Shown here: piece by piece, positions 49,717-60,248 of the stretch
Layout: each line of letters begins with the position of its first letter
How positions within the stretch are numbered: position 1 is the first letter of the stretch
Source: Candidatus Moanibacter sp.
GTDB taxonomy: Bacteria > Verrucomicrobiota > Verrucomicrobiia > Opitutales > UBA2987
NCBI GenBank assembly: GCA_965215885.1
Contig: CBDCEW010000079.1
Coordinates: forward strand, 25,926 to 89,925
Reading direction: 5' to 3'
Length of the DNA: 64,000 bases
Position numbers and translations under genes: made by a program
The notes under the pieces: generated by a model
The model's input: only the letters and a program-made list of their open reading frames with translations
What the model was told of the DNA's origin: nothing
The model's database searches: none

Positions 49717-50593
49717 CCTGAGACTTTTCTGGCGTACGGCAAAGGGGGTTAGCGGACGATGGCCTAACGTATAATGGAGGTAGAAGCGGGCTTGGAAGAA
49801 ACCCACCCCTGTCCCCTCCAAGGAGGGGAACTTAATGAATGAGCTACCAAGCGAACAGATCCCCTCCTGGGAGGGGACAGGGGTGGGTCGCCCTCGCGTA
49901 AAGGAGTACACGGCATGTCACGGCGAAACTCCGTCGTACGGCAGAGTGCGAAGAGGGAAGGGTGAGGTCAAAGTCTCATCCCTGTTTCGCTCCTGTCTTC
50001 GCCGTTTGGACATATCCGGCAACCGTCGCGCGTTTTGGGGGTGACAGTTTTAGCGATCGATGAAAGTTCCGAATTCATGATGAGAAGAATTGGATATTTG
50101 GGACGTGCTATTGCAGCGGGCACACTGATCAGCGCGGAGATAGCGATTGGGGGTGAGTACGAGGTGAGAGAAGAGCGCGCTGTGCTGGAAGGGGGTATTG
50201 TCGGGATTGTTGCACAACCGGAGGGGGTAAGCGATGCGCCCGCGGCGGACACTATGGCTTTTGTAAATGCTGCCGGCGGATCATTGAAGGAAGGCGTTAT
50301 CATCGGGTGCGAAGGCCACATTTTTGAGGTGTTGACCGAAGATCAGAGTAAAGCTGAACGGGTGCAGGAGAAAACGATCGTGCGGCCATTTTGAGCTTCT
50401 ATGTCCAGCTCGCTAGGGCGTTCCAGAATTGAATAGCCCGCTTTTCCTTGCCGGCAAAGACGGTAGCACAGGCAGAATCTTGCTGTTGCTCGAGCGTCTT
50501 CGAAAATCCGTGAGAAAAGCGGGCCAGGGGTGGGTTCTTTCCTATCCAGTTCCCTCCTCTAAAGTACGTCAGCTCATCGATGAATAGATTCGC

Positions 50594-52003
50594 TTGATTG
50601 GCGATTGGGCTATTAGTTTTTTTCAGAGAGTGGAATTGAAACGCAGGATATCAACCATTGGCGGAGAATCTGGGCCGGATGGCCGGGATATCTATGCCTG
50701 GTACGTCGTTATTCTCTTTGCTTGCTTCTATATGCTCTCATTTGTCGACCGGCTCATAGTGGGACTCCTGGTGGAACCGATTAAAGCCGATTTAGGACTT
50801 TCCGACACCCAGATCAGTCTCGTTCACGGCTTCAGTTTCGCTTTGTTCTATACCGTATTTGGACTTTTCATGGGTCGGCTTGCGGATCTGTTCAATCGCC
50901 GAAACCTGATCGCGGCCGGTGTCGTGACCTGGAGTTTGCTGACGATACTTTGCGGAGCGGCTTCGCGTTACTGGCATCTCCTGGTGCTTCGAAGCGGAGT
51001 GGGAATTGGAGAGGCGACGCTGACTCCGGCGGCCTACTCAATTATCAGCGACTATTTCACCAAGGCGAGGCGCTCAACGGCCCTCAGCGTCTTTTCGGCG
51101 GGGGTCTACTTTGGTATTGCAGCCGCTTTTACGGGTGGAGCCTATCTCTATCGATTTTTCGAATCGTGGCTCGATGCGAAGGGGGGACTCACGCTACCTT
51201 TTCTGGGTGATGTTGCGGCGTGGCAACTTGTGTTTGTGGCGGTCGGTGTCCCCGGGCTTCTCCTTTCGAGTTTACTGATTACGGTACGCGAACCGATACG
51301 CACTTCCGATCGCAGGTCTGGTGACGGCGACAGTCTCGGTCCCGAGCCATTTCATGCTGTTCTCAGATACTTTCGCAGGCACTGGAGATCAGTACTTGGC
51401 CACAATATGGGTATCGCTCTAATTTCGGCTTCCGCCTATTCCAGGGACCTTTGGAATGTCGCCTTCTTCGAGAGGACCTACGGTTGGAAGTTGTACGAAT
51501 CCGGACCCTGGTATGGAGGGATCGTCCTTTTGGCGGGTGTGTTGGGAGTTTACACAGGAGGACGAATTGCAGATCGGCTGGCACAACGAAAGATTGTAAC
51601 AGCCATGCTGATCATGCTGATCGCAGTCGTCGGTTGGCTTCCGTTTGGAATGGCCTACCCGCTCATGCCCACTGCCGAGCTGTCCTTACTGTGTCTCTTT
51701 CCCGCGATATTCATGACTTCGATGCCCTACGGATGCGCGGCAGCGGCAATTCAGGAAATGATGCCTCCCAGGATGCGCGGGTTCGCCTCGGCACTGATGC
51801 TGTCCGCAAATAGCATAATCGGTTTGGGGCTCGGTCCGACTCTTGTCGCTCTGGCTACCGATTACCTGTTCGGTTACGAAAGCGCGCTCCGATATTCTCT
51901 GATATTCGTCTGCGGAGCATTTCATGTGATCGGCGCCATTTTTCTCTACTGGGCTATGAAACCCTTCAGGCAGACGGTCGAAGAACTCGCCGAAATCCGT
52001 TAG
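50594..52003 (+). CDS. MFS transporter (spinster-like)
   Basis: SFVDRLIVGLLVEPIKADLGLSD, GRLADLFNRR, GVGIGEA; start position uncertain. Confidence 0.9.
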   Translation: MIGDWAISFFQRVELKRRISTIGGESGPDGRDIYAWYVVILFACFYMLSFVDRLIVGLLVEPIKADLGLSDTQISLVHGFSFALFYTVFGLFMGRLADLFNRRNLIAAGVVTWSLLTILCGAASRYWHLLVLRSGVGIGEATLTPAAYSIISDYFTKARRSTALSVFSAGVYFGIAAAFTGGAYLYRFFESWLDAKGGLTLPFLGDVAAWQLVFVAVGVPGLLLSSLLITVREPIRTSDRRSGDGDSLGPEPFHAVLRYFRRHWRSVLGHNMGIALISASAYSRDLWNVAFFERTYGWKLYESGPWYGGIVLLAGVLGVYTGGRIADRLAQRKIVTAMLIMLIAVVGWLPFGMAYPLMPTAELSLLCLFPAIFMTSMPYGCAAAAIQEMMPPRMRGFASALMLSANSIIGLGLGPTLVALATDYLFGYESALRYSLIFVCGAFHVIGAIFLYWAMKPFRQTVEELAEIR

Positions 52004-52452
52004 GAATCTGTCGGACTTTGTGAGTCGATTGCTTTACAAGCACCAAAGTCCGTCCGACAGATTCCTATGAAGAAAATGAAACTGAATTTTGGGAGAAATT
52101 GACTCACTTTTTCTGTTTCACTTGTTTAACTGGCAAGGACAGCGAATGATTTTCTTGGTCACATTGACATATTGGCCCCGAATTCCACATCAAAAGCACT
52201 CTTAAAGTTCTCTTCCAGCAAAATTCAGTTTCATTTTCTTGTTTCTAGTCCCGGAAAGCCGGGATCGGAATGAAACACAGTAATTACTCCGAATGAGTCA
52301 TAAAGTCCGATCCCGGCTTGCCGGGACTAGCCCGCTTTTCTCACGAATATTCGAAGACTCTTGAACGACAGAAAGATCCTGCCTGCGCTACCGTCCCTGC
52401 ACGCAACGATCTACGCCGTCTCGCTACGCAGTGTGTGAAATGTCCGGGCTAG
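52001..52452. repeat. Chain of four abutting inverted-repeat elements
   Basis: 52001-52067; 52070-52240 (perfect 22-bp IR aagaaaatgaaactgaattttg); 52245-52330 (ctagtcccgg...ccgggactag); 52328-52452. Confidence 0.85.
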
Positions 52453-54866
52453 TCACGATCAGGGCGTCGGCGGCAATGGCACCTCGACCTTGCGGGAAGA
52501 CGACGAGGGGATTCACATCCACTTCGCCGAGGTAGTTGCAGGGGGTGATATTGCCGAGCTCGGTTGCCAGGTCGGAAAGCTTCAGTAGAATATCGACGAT
52601 TGCGGCGCGGTCGACCGCCGGATTTCCTCGAACTCCTGTCAGCAGGTCGGCGCCACGGATTTCTGCCAACATTGCCCAGGCATCAGACTCGCTGATTGGA
52701 ATTACTCGCAGTGCTACGTCATTGAGAATTTCAGCGAAGACACCACCCAGTCCGAAAAGCACGGCAGGTCCGCATTGAGGGTCTACTGAGATCCCAACAA
52801 TTACCTCCAATGCCTGATCGAGATCCAACATTTCCTGCACCAGTGTGCCGTCAATGGATTCATCGGGGACGATTGCTCGAACGTTGATTTCGATCGCTCA
52901 ATACCTGCTCATCGGCAGCGCCGGCAGCCTTCATAGGCTGGTCCGCCCGTGGGAACCCTTTTCGGCCAGCGACCTTGCCTCGAGGTAGTTGCCGATCTCG
53001 ACGACGATAGCGAGCCGGATTGAGAATATCCGAAGACACCACCCAGTCCGAAAAGCACGGCAGGTCCGCATTGAGGGGGATCCCAACAATTACCTCCAAT
53101 GCCTGATCGAGATCCTGCACCAGTGTGCCGTCAATGGATTCATCGGGGACGATTGCTCGAACGTTGATTTCGATCGCTTCGTAGGCCTTTTCCAGCGATG
53201 CCTCATCTACGATAGCGAGCCGGATTATATCCGCTTCCGTCTTGTGGGGCAGATCCGGAGAAACCGCCTTCAGGACGACCGGGTAGCCGATCTCCGATGC
53301 GGATTCCCTGGCCTCTTCCAGCGATGAAACGATCCGCTCGGTGGTCGTTGGTATACCATATAGATTCAGGGCATTTTTCGATGCATGCTCCGAGAGCCGG
53401 GGGTGCACGAATTGGGCAATTGCCTCTGAAACCCGATTATCGTCTCGCATCGAGTCGCTTCCGGATTGTTTTTCGTGCGTTCTCGTCGAAAAATCGATCA
53501 AATGAGAAATAGCGCGCAGGCTCTTCTCTGATCCTTGCAGAGTCGGTACTCCTCCGCTCTCGAACACAGCGAGCAATTCCCGGTTAATGCCTGTAGAAAT
53601 GTTGCTGAATACGATGACCGGCTTACTGAGTTTCGCTGCCACCTTGACGACAGACCTCGCTGCAATTTCGTAGAATTCCGCCTGATTCCGGTTCAATCCG
53701 GCCTGAACATCCAGGCTTACCCCAACGAGATCGATTCCGGGGTCACGACCGAGTATTTCAAGAGCACTCGCGTAGGTCCTGTCCAGATCACCATTGCCCC
53801 ATGCATCCAACGGATTGGATATGCTGCTGTAGGGAGGAAGGCAGTCGCGAAGGGCCTCGACTGTCTCCTCCGCCAGTGGAGCAAATTGGAGGCCGACGTT
53901 ATCCGCCAAGTCGGCGAGCATGCCGATCTCTCCACCCGAGACGGCCATCATACCGAGCCCTTTGGCTCGAGGACGATTTGATTTGAGAAAGAGCGTGGCG
54001 GTCTCCAATAGTTCGTCGAGGTCACGTACGCGTACGATCCCGCACTGCTTCAGGAGCGCGTCGAGGACAGCGTTTGAACCTGCCAGCCTGCCCGTGTGAG
54101 ACGCAACTGTTCGCCGAGCGAGAGAAGATTGCCCCACTTTAAGGAGGATGATTGGCTTACCGAGTTTCCGCGCTTTTGCCGCAACGGCACGAAGCTTGGA
54201 GATATTTTGAAAAGCCTCGACGAAGCCAAGAACAACATCTGTATCCTCGTCTTCGAGGAAGAACTCAAGATAGTCTTCGACCGTAACGACGGCCTCGTTA
54301 CCACTGGATACAACACGGTTAAATTCGATACCGCGACCGTTGTTCAGCAGTGCAATGGCTACTGAACCACTCTGGCACACAGCCGATACCCTTCCTTTGT
54401 GAAGTTCAGGAGGAACGGTGGCGCTCAATCCTCCAAATTCACTTTTGAAATTCACAAGGCCGATACAGTTAGGGCCGCAGACAGGCATTCCATTCCTTTT
54501 TGCGATTTTTCGCAGTTCGCGTTGGAGATCGGCTCCCGTTTTTCCGGTTTCCGCAAAACCACTGGCATAGACGATCGCCGAACGGGACCCTGCCTCCACT
54601 GCCAAATTCAGAATCGACGGCACCCCGGCAGCCGGAACACAGATGATTACACAGTCCACCTTTTCCGGAAGATGAGCCATATTCTCATAGCAGGGAATTC
54701 CGTGGACCTCCTTGTACTTGGGGTTAATGGGATAGAGATTACCGGAATATCCCCTTTCGAGCATATTGAGAATTGCCATCGATCCCGGACTCCCCGGGCG
54801 TTTGGAAGCGCCCACTACGGCTACGGAATCGGGGGAGAGTAGATATCGCAGATTAGAAATGTTCAT
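52424..54866 (-). CDS. Acyl-CoA synthetase (ADP-forming, acetate-CoA ligase family), interrupted by a 280-bp garbled duplication containing IS shards
   Basis: CoA-binding AVVGAS, GPNCIG, phospho-His ASHTG, ATP-grasp HKTE and FGLGG..DVNPL. Deleting 52899-53178 restores one 720-aa frame. Confidence 0.85.
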
Positions 54867-54869
54867 TAC

Positions 54870-55571
54870 TTAGCCACGTAAGTCGAACAGACTTCTGCCC
54901 TCCACGAAGTTTCTTGCCATGTATACAAATGGGGTATCGAACATGGCTATGATCCATTTCACGGTAATTTGACCCAGGATTATGGTGAAGAGTACCTGAG
55001 CATTAAATCCCTCTCTTCCCGCGAAGGCGAAGAGAATAAAACAGGTACTGTCGACGGATTGTGAGATAAATGTGGAAACAATGTTTCGAAACCAGAGAAG
55101 ATTGCGCCCTTTATGCATTTCACGAAAGGTATGAAATAACAGAATATCGACGCATTGGCTGATCGGGTAGGCGAGTATTCCGGCCAGAAGGATTCTGCCC
55201 GCGCCATCTTTCCCAATACCGAGGAGAATGAGGGCGTATTCAGCCTGATTATGCCACAAACCTTCAGCGCCCTCGATATTAACAGCGAAGATGAAAAACA
55301 GGAGAGCGAAGATCCGAGCGAAAAATCCAGACAATACAAGAATAAAGGCATGTTTTCTTCCCGCTGTTTCCGAGATGATATCGGTACAGAGAAACGTGAT
55401 AGCATAGAGGCTTGTCCCGACCGGGACCACAAGCGTCAAAAAACCCAGATTCAGCAAATAGACTTTTGAAGCCGTTACTGCAGAGACCAGGAGGCAGGTG
55501 ATAAAGCCGGTTATGCAACAATATCGGATAATCGTTGCTCGAGCAGACTCAGTTTCGATCGAGTTAATCAT
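54870..55571 (-). CDS. Queuosine precursor transporter-like membrane protein (YhhQ/DUF165)
   Basis: FLCTDIISE.G, SQCVDILLF, WFRNIVSTFISQSVDS and MFDTPFVY motifs of YhhQ. Confidence 0.88.
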   Translation of the reverse strand: MINSIETESARATIIRYCCITGFITCLLVSAVTASKVYLLNLGFLTLVVPVGTSLYAITFLCTDIISETAGRKHAFILVLSGFFARIFALLFFIFAVNIEGAEGLWHNQAEYALILLGIGKDGAGRILLAGILAYPISQCVDILLFHTFREMHKGRNLLWFRNIVSTFISQSVDSTCFILFAFAGREGFNAQVLFTIILGQITVKWIIAMFDTPFVYMARNFVEGRSLFDLRG

Positions 55572-55933
55572 GGGACCTCGACGATGACCCGGTCATTATC
55601 TATGCGAACGGGAAAAGTTTGCAACCGACCACGCAGAGGTGCGGCGAGGGCGTGGCCCGCTTTCAAGTCGAACTCCCATCCATGCCAGGGACAGATGAGA
55701 ATCTCGCCTGTCCGGTGGAAGCGAATCTCCTCGCCAGGAAGGCATGGCACCGGCGTACCGCTGATTTTCCCTGAGGAGAGGGAGGCGCCCTGGTGTGGGC
55801 AGACGTCGCGCATCGCGTAGAAGGTATCGTCATTGCGCACCAGGACAAGGCGCCTGCCGTCAATTGTCAGCGGATAGGGCTGACCCGATCGAAAATCGGA
55901 AATCGCGCCTACATCATACTCCTGCGAAGCCAT
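55568..55933 (-). CDS. Rieske [2Fe-2S] ferredoxin
   Basis: CPHQGA and CPWHGWEFD ligands; start MASQEY at 55933 overlaps the upstream gene. Confidence 0.92.
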   Translation of the reverse strand: MASQEYDVGAISDFRSGQPYPLTIDGRRLVLVRNDDTFYAMRDVCPHQGASLSSGKISGTPVPCLPGEEIRFHRTGEILICPWHGWEFDLKAGHALAAPLRGRLQTFPVRIDNDRVIVEVP

Positions 55934-57023
55934 AGAATTCGTTGGCATTCGCGGCCATAATTCGTTCGCGGAGGTCTTTAGGGATGCTTGGAGGCAAGGA
56001 GCGATTGGGGGCGTCGAAATCCCAGTGGGGGTAGTCGCTGGCAAACAGGAGGAAATCCTCTTTCTGGATCATTTCAATAATCTGGAGGAGGTATTTCGGG
56101 TCGGGCGGCTCTTCCATCGGTTGGGTGGTGGCGCGAAAGTGCTCGCGAATATAATCGCTCGGAGCCCTTTTGAGCCATGGCACTTCGCTGCGGAGTCCCC
56201 GATAATTCTTGTCGAGGCGCCACATGAGGGCCGGAATCCACGCGAAGCCTCCCTCGATGATGATGACTCGCGATTCGGGAAGTTCCTCAAAGACGCCTTC
56301 GCAGACAAGGCTGATGACCTGAGTTTCAAAGGCCTGGGTCATAGCTGTGTGATCTTCGATGTAGTAGGAGGGCCAACCGCATGGTGTGATAGGGTTACCG
56401 CTTCCACCGAAATGAATACCTACGGGGAGACCGAGTTCTGCTGCGGCTTGAAAGATGGGGCGAAATTCACGGCGACCGAAAGGAGCGTGGGAGCGCACCA
56501 GAAGGAGTACTTGAACAAAGCGGGGATCGCCCGCAGTGCGACGGATTTCCTTCGCGGAAGCTTCTGGATCGTGTAGATTGACAACGATCGAGCCTCGCCA
56601 ACGAGGATCGGCGTCGAGCCAGACGGCGGCCATCCATTCGTTCGTAGCGCGCATAAGGGCGTTGGAGAGATCGATATTTTGGACGGCGGATATTCCCACC
56701 AGCGTATTGAGGATGGCGATATCGATATTCCAGGTTTCGAGGAGTTGCTTTTTTGAGAACTCCGGATCGCTCCCGGGCACGTTTCCGTTGGGCGGCCAGG
56801 CATCACGGCGGGCGGCGACTGCGAATACCTTGGGATACAGCGAGACTCCCGGGAGGGGCATTCTCGCCTGGCGAATGTAGGCCTGCCAGCGTGTCGAGAG
56901 GAAAGGAAAGAGGTCCTCAATTGAATTGGGATAGTTGTGGACATCCGCGTCCACGAGAGTGGCGGCGGGTTTATTCGCGGCAGATTCGGAGCGAGATCGG
57001 GCGGGTCCGATCGAGGAGGTCAT
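55914..57023 (-). CDS. Amidohydrolase_2-fold protein, probable dinuclear oxygenase subunit
   Basis: [33 protein letters not shown]; overlaps a Rieske ferredoxin gene. Confidence 0.85.
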   Translation of the reverse strand: MTSSIGPARSRSESAANKPAATLVDADVHNYPNSIEDLFPFLSTRWQAYIRQARMPLPGVSLYPKVFAVAARRDAWPPNGNVPGSDPEFSKKQLLETWNIDIAILNTLVGISAVQNIDLSNALMRATNEWMAAVWLDADPRWRGSIVVNLHDPEASAKEIRRTAGDPRFVQVLLLVRSHAPFGRREFRPIFQAAAELGLPVGIHFGGSGNPITPCGWPSYYIEDHTAMTQAFETQVISLVCEGVFEELPESRVIIIEGGFAWIPALMWRLDKNYRGLRSEVPWLKRAPSDYIREHFRATTQPMEEPPDPKYLLQIIEMIQKEDFLLFASDYPHWDFDAPNRSLPPSIPKDLRERIMAANANEFYGFAGV

Positions 57024-57052
57024 ACTTGTGAATGTTTAATGGTAGAGAGACC

Positions 57053-57080
57053 ATAGTAGAGAAAGCGGAAAGGCGGTCAA
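57053..57080 (-). promoter_or_regulatory. Candidate sigma70 promoter for the amidohydrolase-Rieske operon
   Basis: TTGACC-16bp-TACTAT on the minus strand, ~30 bp before the ATG. Confidence 0.5.
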
Positions 57081-57194
57081 GGAATTGCCCGGCACTTGAT
57101 TCTAGATTTAGGCTTCAATAAAGTCTGAGGATAATTCACAATGATCCTCGATACGCAGTTTCTCCATCAAAACTCGACAGGGGCTCAGAGAATC

Positions 57195-58295
57195 ATGGCT
57201 GGACGAGCAATAACCATCTTAGGCGGCGGTAACACCGCATTTTCTGTGGCCGCCCGGCTTTCTCTCGATGGACACGAGATTACGCTTTACGAATTACCTG
57301 CCTTTTCTGAGGCGATCGCGCCGATCCGAAAAGAACGGGCAATCCATCTCAAGGGCGCCGGCGGTGAGGGGAGAGCGGTGTTGAAAAGCGTAACGCTGGA
57401 TGCGGCTGAAGCGCTGGAAACCGCGGAGTTGATCCTCCTGATTGTGCCCGCCTACGCCCATCGGCCTTTTGCGGAGGTCTGTATACCGCATTTGCGGCGA
57501 GGTCAAACGGTAGTCCTGATGCCGGGAAACCTGGGTTCGCTGGAATGGGCACGGCTGCTGAGAGAGGCGGATAAAGAGGGGTGGGTGACCTTGGCTGAGG
57601 TCGATACTGCGCCCTATGTCTGTCGAAAGACAGAACCCGACGTTGCGACAATATGGGGAGTGGTCACCGGACTCGGCCTCGGGGCTCTTCCGAATGGCAA
57701 GAGCGAGGAAGTGCGCGAGATTCTGGACGCTCTATTTCCCGGATTGTGTGCCCACCCTGACGTGATGGCTTGCGGTTTGTCTGCCATGAATCCGATCGTT
57801 CATCCTGCAGGTGTCCTAATGAACGCGGGGCGAATTGAGTATGCCCGTGGTGAGTTTTATTTTTACGAGGAAGGCGTCACACCCTCCGTGGTGAAAGTCA
57901 TCGAATCCCTTGATGAAGAGAGGCTCCAGCTCGGGAAGGTGCTTGGGTACGATTTAATGCCGGTCGCGGAAGCGTTTCATTCAGCTGGATTCGGCCCGCG
58001 CGGAGATTTGTGGGAGACGATCAACGGAAGTTGGATGCTGACGAGGCTCAAAGCGCCCGGTTCGTTGGAGAGCCGTTGGCTGACGGAGGACATACCCTAC
58101 GGTCTCGTTTCGTGGGCGTCGATTGCGTCACAACTGGGCGTTGAGACACCGGTGATGCGTTCGCTTGTCGATCTCGGTACAATTGTAATGGGATTTGATG
58201 CCTGGGAAGGTGGCCGGAAAGTGGAAGAGTTGGGGATTGCGGGGATGGAGTTCTCGGAACTGGCCGCTTTCCTTGTGGAGGGTCTAAGAGGATAG
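57195..58295 (+). CDS. NAD/NADP octopine/nopaline (opine) dehydrogenase family protein
   Basis: ILGGGNTA Rossmann motif, MNPIVHP, FYEEGVTP, RWLTEDIPYGL. Confidence 0.9.
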   Translation: MAGRAITILGGGNTAFSVAARLSLDGHEITLYELPAFSEAIAPIRKERAIHLKGAGGEGRAVLKSVTLDAAEALETAELILLIVPAYAHRPFAEVCIPHLRRGQTVVLMPGNLGSLEWARLLREADKEGWVTLAEVDTAPYVCRKTEPDVATIWGVVTGLGLGALPNGKSEEVREILDALFPGLCAHPDVMACGLSAMNPIVHPAGVLMNAGRIEYARGEFYFYEEGVTPSVVKVIESLDEERLQLGKVLGYDLMPVAEAFHSAGFGPRGDLWETINGSWMLTRLKAPGSLESRWLTEDIPYGLVSWASIASQLGVETPVMRSLVDLGTIVMGFDAWEGGRKVEELGIAGMEFSELAAFLVEGLRG

Positions 58296-58527
58296 CGGTG
58301 AGATTTTCGTGAAGGGGTTAGCTATTTTTTGCCCGCCCTTTTTTGTCTATGGAAAAAATGGATTCCGGTGAGAAAGTCGCCATCGCGGAATGCTGGACCA
58401 CGTTCTTGCGAACGCGGCTACAAATATCAACCTGTTACCGAGCACCGTAGCCGCGTTCGTAAGAACGTGGAGGTCTTTCAGCAGAACCAGGAATGAACGA
58501 CTGAGCTCTCAGTCCGAAAAAAGCCGG

Positions 58528-59616
58528 TCAGGCGAGATTCCGAGGAAAAGATGTCAATTTTCGAACTCCGTTTTCCTCGACGAGGTAGTTCTCTTCCAGA
58601 CGTATGCCCGCTTTCAAGGCCGGTCCGTAGAGGCCGGGTTCCATAGTGAAGACATTCCCTGCCTCAAATACTGCATCGTAATTCGGGTTGAGCTCGGGAG
58701 CCTCATGTGGAGCCAGGCCAATTCCGTGGCCTAAATGATGCACCAGTCCTTCGAAACCGTTCGTATTGAGATGCCGATTAGCGATTTCGAAAACAACGCC
58801 GGCCGCAACTCCCGGCTTTACTGCTGATTCGATAATCGGGAAAAGCGAATCGATGATCTCCCAAGCCTCTTGTTGAGCCGGACTCGGGGAACATCCCACC
58901 GAGAAAGTACGGCAGTTATCCGCGAAATACCCGTGCAGCGAAGGCCCTGCGTCCAGAATGTAGAGCTCCTCCGCCTGCATGCGTCGGCGCCGAGGCGGGC
59001 CTCCCATGTCGTTTGAGCGAAAATCATTTCCAAAATGTTCCAAATCTTCCCCTGCGAAGGAAACCGCAGCGGAGCGGACGGCTGTAAACACATCCAACTC
59101 ATCGGCGCCCGGTCTGACCGCCTCACGGGCAGTTGTGTACATAACTTCGGTGACTTTGATCGCCTCACAAATGGCCTCCACTTCGTCGGGAAACTTACAC
59201 TTCCGCATGCGCCGAATGTCCGGGGTCAAGTCAATGATATCGGGACCGCCGAGTCTCGAGATACATCCAATCCCACCGCCCAGGTCCGCTCCGAGTGGTG
59301 CCCCGGCGGGGACGACCGGCGAGAGCTTTTCCGCGACAGCCTCAAACTGGCGACTGTGCATTGTAGCCAGGTAAGCCGCGTCATAGTGAATCACCTCATC
59401 AACAGCTACCGGGTCGGGTTCAACCGCACAAACCAGGGTTGTCTTCCCGTCGGACCCGATAAAGGTGGCTGCGGCATGATGCCGGTTATGGTGAAACCCG
59501 GTGAAATAATAGACGAGATCCCTTCGGGAGATGATCGCTCCGACCGCGCCTCTTTTCTCAAGTACGGCTTGAAGACATTTCTGTCTCTCACGGCAACTGT
59601 TAATGGTTAATTTCAT
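58528..59616 (-). CDS. Xaa-Pro aminopeptidase-like (M24 family) peptidase
   Basis: YFTGF, LDAG..GYFADNCRT, HHLGHGIGLAPHE, MEPGLY, GIRLEE. Confidence 0.9.
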   Translation of the reverse strand: MKLTINSCRERQKCLQAVLEKRGAVGAIISRRDLVYYFTGFHHNRHHAAATFIGSDGKTTLVCAVEPDPVAVDEVIHYDAAYLATMHSRQFEAVAEKLSPVVPAGAPLGADLGGGIGCISRLGGPDIIDLTPDIRRMRKCKFPDEVEAICEAIKVTEVMYTTAREAVRPGADELDVFTAVRSAAVSFAGEDLEHFGNDFRSNDMGGPPRRRRMQAEELYILDAGPSLHGYFADNCRTFSVGCSPSPAQQEAWEIIDSLFPIIESAVKPGVAAGVVFEIANRHLNTNGFEGLVHHLGHGIGLAPHEAPELNPNYDAVFEAGNVFTMEPGLYGPALKAGIRLEENYLVEENGVRKLTSFPRNLA

Positions 59617-59829
59617 CGGCTGTGTCAGGATCAAAGAGACGCCACTCAACCTTCGTCAACTATAATTGCGACGTCCGTGGTATAGGAAGACTCGCTGTCG
59701 TTTTCTGATTCGGGAGCTTCATCGACGCCTCTTCTCCCAAACTTCAGGGTTGGCCAATCGATTCGGATGCTGCCCGTTGAGGAAACGTGCAACATCCTCT
59801 ATGATCATACGGACTCGCGTGTTTCCAGC

Positions 59830-60090
59830 TTAATTCCGGATATGCAGAAACCGGTGAGCCTCTTTTGCGATTTCCGGTTCATGTTTCGAACGCCAGCGCA
59901 GTTTGGCAGCTACAAAATAGGGGTCCGGCCGGTTCCCGGTGCGGTTTACGATTTCGGCGAATCCGAACTGCTTCGCGATTTCGTCCGCTTCCATGCCCGC
60001 CCGCCGATCCATCCAGATGAGTGCTGGGCGAAGAGGCGTGCCTCTTTCGTCGACGGCCAGAAGGGTGGGAGCTTGGTAACAGACAAGACC
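59830..60090 (-). pseudogene. Fragment of an FGGY-family sugar kinase (xylulokinase-like)
   Basis: LAVDERGTPLRPALIWMDRRA...TGN...AAKLRW..HEPE; only ~80 aa, with a REPIN immediately upstream. Confidence 0.75.
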
Positions 60091-60248
60091 CGAATGGAGT
60101 ACCTGAAACTGAAAATAGAGATTCTGTCGAAAAAGTCCCACGTTCTTGCGAACGCGGCTACATATATCAACGACTTACGGAGCGCCGTAGCCGCGTTCGC
60201 AAGAACGTGGGGGTATTTCACCGGAATCAAAACAAGGGCCTGACCCTA

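Noticed and set aside
49968..50394. Opposing ~118-aa ORFs
   Set aside because: Neither can be assigned; possibly a gene remnant between repeats
57024..57194. preQ1 riboswitch upstream of the YhhQ-containing operon
   Set aside because: No recognisable aptamer, and the candidate promoter leaves only a ~25-nt leader
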